Source of the DNA: Octopus vulgaris
Taxonomy: Eukaryota
Direction of reading: 5' to 3'
DNA: 64,000 nt
NCBI GenBank assembly: GCA_951406725.2
Contig: OX597814.1
Coordinates: forward strand, 196,354,001 to 196,418,000
The notes below the pieces were generated by a model. That model was not told the origin of the DNA and searched no databases. It worked only from the letters and a program-made list of their open reading frames with translations. This document shows, piece after piece, positions 54,160-64,000 of the stretch. A program made the translations under genes and the position numbers. Each line of letters starts with the position of its first letter. Positions within the stretch are counted from its first letter, which is position 1.

Positions 54160-55477
54160 TTTTATATGAACAGAAACCACATAATGCTTCTTCCTAGTAT
54201 AATGCTAAGGTGGTCATGCTAAACCTATTCAAAAATGAACCTATAAATAATTTGCAGTTATCGTCCGAGTAGGGGTACACATTTTCCCATTGAATAAAAA
54301 TCAAAGATTAAAAACTAAAATAATAAGAGAAATATTTGTATATTAGGTAAACGTATTCAAAAACCTTGGGAAAAAAAAATATATGTAAATCACCAGCATT
54401 ATGATAAAAACCCCTGAAAGGATGTATGAAGGTATAAAAATACCACATATATATACACAAAAATATCATACATATTTATATAAAATAAAATATATAGTGC
54501 AATTATAGAATATAAATATAAATAAATAAATATAGATACCAAGTTGTTTTATAATACCATGATCGTTATGGAGAGAAGTTACAAACCCTTTTGCAATCCG
54601 TAGAAATACACCAGTATGTTTAGGGTATATATATTTCTTTATTATCTTTAGGGTATATAGATATATAAAATACAATATTATATTACAAGATAAAAGAATA
54701 AATGAGATAAAATAAAAATGAATAAAATGTAAAAATTTTGCATAAGATTCCCATAAAGTATTTATAAAATGAAAAAATAAAAATAAAGATAAAAAATATT
54801 GAAAGTTTTTTACATTGCGAATGCCATAAAATGTATAACGGATTTAAAAATAAGGATAAATCAAGGTATTCATAACAAAAGCTGATTTTAAAAATTAATA
54901 AAATAAGATAAAGATACCCTGGGAAATGTTTTTATAAAATATTTGTAAGATATATTATTGCAGGCACAGATATGTGTAGAATCATAACAGTTCATAGAGG
55001 GTATACAATATACTTATGGGAGGCGTAAGACCCGTTAATCCATTGTAAATATACATATTAGGATTTACAGGAAAGAAAGTCTTAGAACCGATGGGGAAAT
55101 AGTGTAATATAAATATAGGAGGATGAACTCACAGATGACTATTGTTTTCTGACTAATACTTCCAGATTAATGTTTCCCGTACTTAATCGATGTTCAAATG
55201 CTTCTTTGTCCTAGAGTCTTCGCTTGTGGGTTTGTTGAGGGAAATTGAACGTAGCAATCGCAACACATCACTGCTTAGAATCGATCCCTCAATATTCCTC
55301 TCTACATGTAAACTCGCAGTTTAAATAATATTACTATGGTGGCTCTCCCTCCGTCGGTTAAGACGACAAGGGTTCCTGTTGATCCGACCAACAGAACAAC
55401 GTACTCTTGAAATTAACGTGCAAGTGGCTGAGTACTCCACAGACACGTCACCCTTATAGAGCAAACTATTTTTGTGC

Positions 55478-55566
<89 letters not shown>

Positions 55567-55704
55567 GGGTCGGTGAGCAACATGCCGACCTGTTCCTATA
55601 TATGTCTACAGACTCGACACTTAAATATTATGTTTGTGTGTGTCTCCATATCCATTTATATGTATGGAGTATGTATATTCGCTTGTTTGTACATACATAT
55701 CGTA

Positions 55705-56057
55705 GCACTCCGTCGCTTCCGACGGCGAGGGTTCCAGTTGATCCGACCAACGGAACAGCTTGCTTGTGAAATTAACGTGCAAGTGGCTGAGTACCCCACA
55801 GACACGTGTACCCTTAAGGTAGTTCCCGAGGAGATTCAACGTGACACAGAGTGTGACAAAGCTGGCCCTTTGAAATACAGGTACAACAGAAAGAAACAGT
55901 GAAAGAAAATTGTGGTGAAAGAGTACACATAGTGGAGAAACGTGGAGCTTTAGGTGTTTTCGCTTGATAAACATTCACAATGCCCGGTCTGAGAATCGGA
56001 ACCACGATCATCAGACCACGTGTCTGCTGCCCTAACAACTGGGCCTTTGCGCTTCCA
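55705..56057 (-). mobile_element. SINE family C (plus a 3' fragment at 55350-55457)
   Basis: Homology to 8893-9279. Confidence 0.8.
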
Positions 56058-56179
56058 CAATATTACTATATATGTTAACAGTGTAAAGCATGTATTAAGC
56101 GCCATATGCAGATATCTAAAACGCCTATCGACATATACTGCAGCCATCGCATTTTCTCTTTTCGGTAGATTTTGGTATA

Positions 56180-56596
56180 CCTATTTCTTTACTACCCACA
56201 AAGGGCTAAACACAGAGGGGACGAACAAGGACAGAAAAACGGATTAAGTCGATTAGATCGACCCCAGTACGCAACTGGTATTTAAATTATTGATCCTGAA
56301 AGGATGAAAGGCAAAGCCGACCTCGGCGGAATTTGAACTCAGAACGTAGCGGCAAACGAAATACCTATTTCTTTACTACCCACAAGGGGCTAAGCACAGA
56401 GAGGACAAACATGGGCAGACAAACGGATTAAGTCGATTAGATTGCCCCCAGTACGCAACTGGTATTTAAATTATTGATCCTGAAAGGATGAACGGTAAAG
56501 TCGACCTCGGCGGATTTGAACTGAGAACGTAACGACAGACGAAATACCGCTAAGCATTTCGCCCGGCATGCTAACGATTCTGCCAGCTCGCCGCCT
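56180..56596 (-). mobile_element. SINE family B with internal tandem duplication
   Basis: TSD TAGATTTTGGTATA at 56166-56179 and 56597-56610. Confidence 0.88.
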
Positions 56597-56810
56597 TAGA
56601 TTTTGGTATATCGCAGAGAGGAAGGCTTTGGAATTGTAGTTTTTATGGTCGGCTGCTTCATTAGTCTTGTGCAAATAATCATGTGCTTCTGATTTGTTTC
56701 AATAAATATTGATTATCTATTCAATCGCTTTACGTGGGTTTCTTATAAATTTCAACCATTATTTTCAATTATCAATTCCTTCTGATTTTTAATTGTTAAT
56801 TTATTAAAGA

Positions 56811-57129
56811 CTCCGCCGGTTACGACGACGAGGGTCCCAGCTGATACGATCAACGGAACAGCTTGCTCGTGAAATTAACGTGCAAATGGCTGAGCATTCC
56901 ACAGACACGTGTACCCTTAACGTAGTTCTCGGGGATAATCAGCGTGACACAGAGAGTGACAAGGCTGACCCTTTGAAATACAAGTACAACTCATTTTTGC
57001 CAGCTGAGTGGACTGGAGCAACGTGAAATAAAGTGTCTTGCTCAAGGACACAACGCGTCGCCAGGAATCGAACTCACAACCTTACGATCATGAGCCGAAT
57101 GCCCTAACCACTAAGCCACGCGCCCTCAC
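56811..57129 (-). mobile_element. SINE with family D head/centre and family C tail
   Basis: tRNA head with GAGTTCGATTCC; TSD TGTTAATTTAT at 56794-56804 and 57130-57140. Confidence 0.85.
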
Positions 57130-57703
57130 TGTTAATTTATACTGGCGTTTCATTTACACTTTGTACTTTTGTTGAATCTTTCGACTGTTGTAGCTCTATT
57201 ATTACCCGTTAAAGGTATATATAAATATACGTTTTACGGTATATACGTAATTCAATTTAAAATTAAACACTGACTTCTCCAACAACAAGTTGCCTGAAGG
57301 GGATTGTAATACACGACTATTACAAGCTGTCATTCAGTTCTGAATATCTTTACTTCTTATTTGGAAAAATTATTTAAGGTTGGAGTCGAATTGTTTGTTT
57401 GTTCTTTTCCATTTAGCAAGGATCTCACGCTTAAGTGTTCGTTAGTGTCTGGTTTTTATCGATTTATTTCATATATTTTCCGACTTATTTTTCTACCTTC
57501 TTCTTTCGTTTTTTGTCCCTTCGTGATCGATTCCATTAAAGATCGGTAAACATTTTCTTTGCTTTCTGTCGAATACGTTTATACGTTTATTTTCCGATTG
57601 ATTTACTTAAAATTATGTATTCATATGTAAGACGTTTGAATACATGATTTTTCCTTGAAACTACTGTTTTTAATATTTCTTTTTATTATTAGTATCATTA
57701 TAA

Positions 57704-58510
57704 AGGCAGCGAGCTGGCAGAATCGTTAGCACGCTGGGCGAAATGCTTAACGGTATTTCAAATTCCGCCGAGGTTGACTTTGCCTTTCATCCTTTCGGGG
57801 TCGATAAAATAAGTACCAGTTACGCACTGGGGTCGATATCATCGACTTAACCCGTTTGTCTGTCCTTGTTTGTCCTCTCTGTGTTTAGCCCCTTGTGGGT
57901 AGTAAAGAAATACGTATTTCGTCTGCCGTTACGTTCTGAGTTCAAATTCCGCCGAGGTCGACTTTGCCTTTCATCCTTTCGGGGTCGATTAAATAAGTAC
58001 TATCACTGGGGTCGATATAATCGACTAATCCGTTTGTCAGTCCTTGTTTGTCCCCTCTGTGAGTAGCCCCTTGTGGGTAGTAAATGAAATAGGTATTTCA
58101 CCCGTTGCTACGTTCTGAGTTCAAATTCCGCCGAGGTTGACTCTGCCTTTCATCCTTTCGGGATCGATAAATTAAGTACCAGTGAAAGACTGGGGTCGAT
58201 ATAATCGACTACTTACCATCCCACAGTTTTGAGGCTTTGCACCTCCAATAGAAAGGATTAGGGCAGCGAGCTTGACAGAATCGTTAGCGTTCTCTGGTAA
58301 AATGATTTAGCCACATTTCGTCCGTCTTTACATTCTGAGTTCAAAAAGCAATGCGGTCGATGTAATCGACTTACTCCCTGCCCCGAAATTGCCGGCTATG
58401 TGCCAGAATTTGAAACCAATATTAAGGCGGCGAGCTGACAGAATAGTTAGCGCCTTTTGGGTAAAATGCTTAACCGCGTTCACTTTCTGCTGAGGTCGAC
58501 TTTGCCTTTT
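57704..58510 (+). mobile_element. cluster of SINE family B (head plus 3 bodies, then 2 degenerate copies)
   Basis: Repeated AAATTCCGCCGAGGT.GACT blocks. Confidence 0.85.
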
Positions 58511-59935
58511 TTTCTCATTTTTTTAAGAACACATTTTTCTCCTGCACAGTTCACAATTTTTTTTCATTTTTTTTCAAAAATGTTCATAATAATTTAATTA
58601 CCTTTTTCCTGAAGTTCTCGATCCTTTCATAATCCACAACAGGCACCCTTCCACTAAAGTACACCAGATCGTGAAACCTTATTATAAATTCACTGCAATG
58701 TTTCCATAGGTTGTCGCTTATTTCATCATTCACCAATACAATCAAATTCTTCCAATTCGCCATTCTCTCCTCTGCCTCTATGGATTGCGTGTAAAAGATC
58801 AAAGTTCCCTTGTGCTTGTTGGACTTCGCTTCTTCTGGTCTCCTCTCTGGTTTCTTTTCCATGTCATATGCAAGTTCACACGGCTCTTCATCTTTTTGTC
58901 CGGCTTCTCTGCTTCTGCTGTCGCTCTCTATTACACTTCCCTTGATCTCACTTTCTTTCTTCTCTTGGGGCTGACGAACCTGTCACTCCCCTTTTTTGCC
59001 GATTTCGTTTTTTTCCCTCTATCTCTTCCATCTCTTGCTCATGGTTCTTATTTTTTGTCTTTTCCATTTCTGCCTCCACCCTTCCTTCCATCTCCAATTC
59101 TCCTTCTATCTTCTCTTTCTCACACTGCATCGGATCAGTCTGCTTATTTTCATATAAGGGGCACTTCAATTTCATGTACCTCCATTCAGCGCAGGTGTAG
59201 CAATTGGATCTGCCACTCCGCACTATCAATTTGAAGGAATCTTCCTTCTCAATCTCTGTTTGGTAGGGAAGCCTCTCTATACATTCAAATGTGGCGGAAA
59301 GCCACATTTCCATTCCACTTCCCTATCAATTCAACATATCCGTCCTCCAACATCTCTGAGCTCCGGCTTATTCTCGGTGGTCGCTAGAATGGCTGCTGCC
59401 AACCACTCCGTTTTAATTTCAGGCGGCACCCTAGCTATCCTGACCCAGACGCAGCGCCTTCCCTTATACGTTGGTAACAGCACTACCTTTTCCGAATTCA
59501 GGACATCGGCGGTGTGTGAGGCCGGCTCTTCTTCGATTGCAAACCTCACCTCTACTGTGCCAAACCTCCTTCCTGTGCTCACGAATGTCGCCTTTCGCAT
59601 GATATCCCCTAGACACTCCTCCACGTCTTCTTTCGATATTTTCTCAATTTTATTTGTGGCGACCGCTTACGTGCGGTACACCACCGCTTTTTCACTTTTC
59701 TGTTCGATTGACTCTTGTGGGTGGGACCAGCTTGATTGTGCCTTCCTCCTTCTTCACCAAACAAATCTTTCGATATTTCCTCTTTATCCATTTGCACCCC
59801 CCCCTGGCTTCCAACCGTGTAGCTGCCTTTGTCGCAGCAGTTTTCGCGTAGATTTCCATAATGATACCCCCTTCCTCGCCTCCAATGGGGAGAAAAAGAA
59901 TCAAAACAACAGCAGCAAATAACAACAACACACAT
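58507..59935 (-). mobile_element. ORF1/gag-like retroelement remnant with A-rich tail
   Basis: GRRFGTVEVRF...LLPTYKGRRCVWVRIARVPPEI, degenerate Zn knuckle CYTCAEWRYMKLKCP, acidic/basic tract; frameshifted; no RT motif seen. Confidence 0.6.
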
Positions 59936-59944
59936 GAGACGCTT

Positions 59945-60125
59945 CAACAATAATATCAACAATAAAAAGTAACAACAGCTCTCAACTTCTTAAAAAAATC
60001 ACACTGAAAATCGAAATTTCCCGAAGATACCTGATGAAGGCTAGAGGTTATATCAATCAAAACGTTGTGTTAACAACAAACAAGAGGAGAACAAATATCT
60101 GTCAATTGTAAATAATGTAAATAAT
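59945..60125 (+). mobile_element. 3' half of the HHR-bearing SINE-like family (degenerate HHR at 60026-60071)
   Basis: GAUAC-CUGAUGA-AGGCUAGAGG...AAAA-CGUU-GUGUUAACAACAAACAAG...GUAAAUAAUGUAAAU; homologous to 7852-7965. Confidence 0.7.
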
Positions 60126-60127
60126 GA

Positions 60128-60600
60128 AGAGTGCCGTAACTGCTTCCTCTGGCAAGATATGATATATCTTGCCAGAGTGGCCTCAATGCCTTCTCAATTT
60201 CCTCCGTACCCTCATTTTCAATTATTCTCTCCTTGATGGAATATATTTTATAAACAATTCTGCTTTCTTCCATGTTTTTAAGTACCTTATTCGTTGGTGA
60301 CAATTTCACATCACCACCCACCTTCTCCAGCATTTTTCTAAAATGCTTTAGGTTTTCCAGACTCAGCTCCTTCTTAGAAACACCTGCCACATCGGCAAAA
60401 TTTTTCCCCTTTAAAGAATTTTCTATTTTGTTGATAGCCCTGCCCAGTTCTTCTCAGCTGATGACAATTCTGTCGCCGACATCTCTGTTTCAGTCAGGCT
60501 GGAATAAAAAACATTTTCAAACTGAGCCATCTCTCCTCAAAATGCTGAGGGACATCACAACCATACAACAGCTGTAAAGTAACACAAAACAATACAACAT
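60128..60600 (-). mobile_element. second ORF1-like fragment (N-terminal part)
   Basis: EEIEKALRPLWQDISYLARGSSYGT aligns with EECLGDIMRKATFVSTGRRFGT; cut by the HHR element. Confidence 0.5.
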
Positions 60601-60639
60601 CTTTCAATAAACAATAGCCAACACAGTTCAAATATCCGA

Positions 60640-60745
60640 AGCGGGCGTTTCGCTGGCTATCGCTAGCAGTTTCAGCTGCTTTACGTCGTTTTTTGAAGTT
60701 GAATAGGAAAATTGCTCGAATATCGCGCTTTGACAGTTCCATTTT
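60640..60745 (-). pseudogene. mariner transposase N-terminal HTH fragment
   Basis: MELSKRDIRAIFLFNFKKRRKAAETA resembles the Hsmar1-type N-terminus (IRAIFLFEFKMGRKAAET). Confidence 0.75.
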
Positions 60746-61249
60746 AGATGATTATAACAGCTATGAAAAAATATCAATGTTAATTTATTGATGTGTTTGG
60801 GCAAGTCTATGTAATATCAGACAATTGCAAAAACAAAAAAAAAAACCTTAAAAATTTTTTTTGAACTCTGTAAAAATCTGATACAAATTCTTCATGGGGC
60901 AAAATGTTGCTTACTTTATCAGCAGCGTCGGAAATGGAATGTGTGGTCACTTTTGTTGTAACATCTAATGCGAAGCCTAATAAGAACTTTCCAGATTGTT
61001 CACTAAATCCTAATTCAGCTGACTTGCAGAATGGCCACTACCCTTCCGATACCATCATCGTGAATTCACAGCTTAATAGTTATTTAAATCAGTTAACGCC
61101 TTAGATATTATAATTATGCAAACTGTAACCACAAATTCATTTACGCTGCTATATTTGCTGTGTTAATTAATATTAATGAACAATGGTGCATACAACGAGT
61201 CACTGAATGATTGTTATGACTTTGAGATCCTTTAATTACATACGTACAT

Positions 61250-61540
61250 ACATGATGATGATGACTGCCCCCTCGTTATCGAGTATGGCCTTTGCACGAA
61301 GCTTAACTGTTACTGGTGCTGTGATCGAATGTAACGTTTTAGCCCAGCCAAAGATCTACAATGTCTTGTACAGAATTGGCAACTAAAACCTTTACCGCCA
61401 ATAGCCAGCTGTAGTTGTAACTGGGCTTCATGTCGTTTAAGTCCTCTTGCCGAATTACACTCTCTTCCACATGCCTGACAGATATGATTATTATGGTGTG
61501 TAAAACCACCACAAGTGGCTAGGTTGTCACTCATCTCGCT
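61250..61540 (-). mobile_element. RTE-like LINE 3' end with two C2H2-like fingers
   Basis: CQACGRECNSARGLKRH and CQFCTRHCRSLAGLKRY, stop, short UTR, (CAT)n tail. Confidence 0.65.
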
Positions 61541-61663
61541 TTATGACTACGAAGATGACTTTTGAGTCCAGCTTTACTGAGGCAGGGTCTTGCACAGACA
61601 TTCCATGTCACTTTCAGGGCACTTGACCATTTAACATTCTACTACTATCATGGCACTCCCGCA

Positions 61664-61741
61664 TTCTTCTTCTTCTTCTTCTTCTTCTTCTTCTTCTTCT
61701 TCTTCTTCTTCTTCTTCTTCTTCTTCTTCTTCTTCTTCTTC
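61664..61741. repeat. (TTC)n microsatellite
   Basis: Direct inspection. Confidence 0.95.
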
Positions 61742-61984
61742 TCTGCCAAGAATTCACAACAACCTCGGCCCCCAGAAGAGTGAACAAGAGAAACAGAGAC
61801 AGGCAGAAACAAGGAAAATGGCCCTTGTATTTGAACACTTTGCAAATATTCTTTTAAAGAAACTTTTCTTTTAATTTTTCCAAAATTTAATTGTTTTCCA
61901 TACATTTGAAAAAGTCTCAATGACTGAAACCGGTACTGAAATGTTTTTTATAAAATTATTTCAGCAGTTTCTACCTTGACTTTT

Positions 61985-62031
<47 letters not shown>

Positions 62032-62174
62032 TAGATAGCTAGATATAGATATATATACATACATATACATATGCATACACATACACACACACGCACACAC
62101 ATACAAACACATACACACGCACACGTGCACACAAGTGTTTATATCTTTTGTTCTGACGTTGTGCTATTTTTCCA

Positions 62175-62208
<34 letters not shown>

Positions 62209-62232
62209 CATATAAATATATATATATATATA

Positions 62233-62378
62233 CGACGGGCTTCTTTCAGTTTCTGTCCACCGAATCCATTCACAAGGCTTTGGTCAGCTCGAGTCTATAG
62301 TGGAAGCCACCTGGCCAATATGCCACGCAGTGTAACTCAAATCGGAACTATATGGTTGGGAAGCAATTACACAGCTAC
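62233..62378 (-). mobile_element. SINE family A, 5' half
   Basis: Homology to family A. Confidence 0.75.
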
Positions 62379-63025
62379 ACAAATCAACGTAAATCTAATA
62401 CTTTTGACGGATAGATGTTCAAATGCGACACGGACACACGGAAACACACACTAACAGAAGCATACCATTCGCGCTCATTCGTACTTACGTGTGTGCGTGT
62501 GTGTGTATCCACACAAAGTATATATTTATACCATATAAAATGCATATAGGAATGGAGAGGAGGAGGGAGAGAGAGGGAGAGGAGGAACATAAACCGTCTG
62601 GATGTTAGATATATAGATAAAATGTCAGATAGACAGTTTGATACATATGCATATACACTTAAGCATCTACGCAGACATAGACACACACACATACATATAT
62701 GCATATATCTATATATGTGTCTTTGTGTCGTGTGTGCGTGTCTGGGTATGTGTATTTGTATATCTATATATGTATATCTATATATCTATATATCTGTATC
62801 TATATATCTATATATCTATATCTATATATCTATAAATCTATATATGTATATCTCTATATCTCTATATCTATATATCTAAATATGTATTTCTATATGTCTA
62901 TATATCTATATATCTATATATGTATTTCTATATATATCTATATATATCTACATATGTGTCTTTGTGTCGTGTGTGCGTGTCTGGGTATGTGTATTTGTAC
63001 GTGTGTGCGTGTTTACGTATTTCTG

Positions 63026-63084
<59 letters not shown>

Positions 63085-64000
63085 ATGTGTGTGTGTGTGT
63101 GTGTATGTATGAGTGTACGTGTGCGAGTGCGTATCTTGATTGTTACGGTACACTGAACCAGACGTAGACATGTTATGCTTCCCATCTTATCCCGGCCACT
63201 GCATTTGGTTTCTTTAGTATTAGTGAAACATGAGTTAATTATTTCCGGTTGTATTTATCGCATCTCAATCCAATGACTATGCTTATTGAAGGAGCAACAG
63301 AAAGTTTTCTGCCATATAAATTGCACAAAAATATGTCAGAAGACATTTTCACTAAAAGAAAACAAGACGAAACAATCGCTTTCAAAACGGCTTTTGGCAA
63401 TATAACTTTTAGCTAATATTCCAATAAGAACAATATTTTTTCTTGTGTCTTTTAATACATTGTTATAGACAGACGCGTAACACATTGACATTTAATGGTG
63501 CTTTTGAAAAAGTAATAGCATTTAGATCTAGGCGAATGAGTCTTTATCGTAAAATAACATTCTGCACAGTGTTATTACAAAGTTGTTTTAGATATGTTGC
63601 TTTTGTTTTTGTTTTTGAGAGAGAATGTTGTTAAAGAATATGACAATATACTATATTAAGCATTGTATAGATAAGCATGGAAGTAGATTTGATTATGGAC
63701 GTAGTTTCGATCTGAGATTAAAGCGATTTACTCTCTTCACCTTGGGAAAGCCAATATTTGTATTATGATATACGCCCACAGTTCTATGATTGAATGAACT
63801 GAAAGTTGTCTTAAAATAACATATAAAATTTGGTAGAAACTGCTTCATATAACCAAGGACATTGTGAACACATCGTACGTATAAAACTTAGAGAGTTCCC
63901 AACTGCATTTTTGCAATGTTAGCAGTCGTTTATTGCTATCGAAACAGCTATATCCCCATGTAATTATCTTACAGATCGTTTCCACTGTACGGTGATTCGG

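Noticed and set aside
57704-58510. CRISPR-like array
   Set aside because: Units are ~180-bp SINE bodies with no unique spacers, in a eukaryotic context.
61310-61534. C2H2 zinc-finger host gene
   Set aside because: No TGEKP linkers; followed by a short UTR and (CAT)n tail, so better explained as a LINE C-terminus.

Overview
AT-rich, microsatellite-dense eukaryotic DNA. It is most likely from an octopus (inferred from the SINE families and the (TA)n/(TATC)n/(TATG)n density). I found no recognisable host exon, and most ORF-track entries are translations of simple repeats. The window is a patchwork of mobile elements: several tRNA-headed SINE families; CR1/L2-group, Tx1/L1-like and RTE-like LINE remnants; non-autonomous Helitrons; Tigger/mariner derivatives; MITEs; and Penelope-like elements (PLEs) with GIY-YIG remnants. 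The main signal, not visible in the ORF track, is about 22 minimal type-I hammerhead ribozyme (HHR) motifs from many unrelated sequence families, roughly half with intact or covaried cores. They sit in short PLE-type inserts that mostly abut (TA)n tracts and often form inverted, fold-back structures. They include U3:A8 covariant cores, a family-wide U6 core variant, and a tRNA-promoter-headed SINE-like element carrying an HHR. All coordinates and foldings were done by eye and boundaries are approximate.
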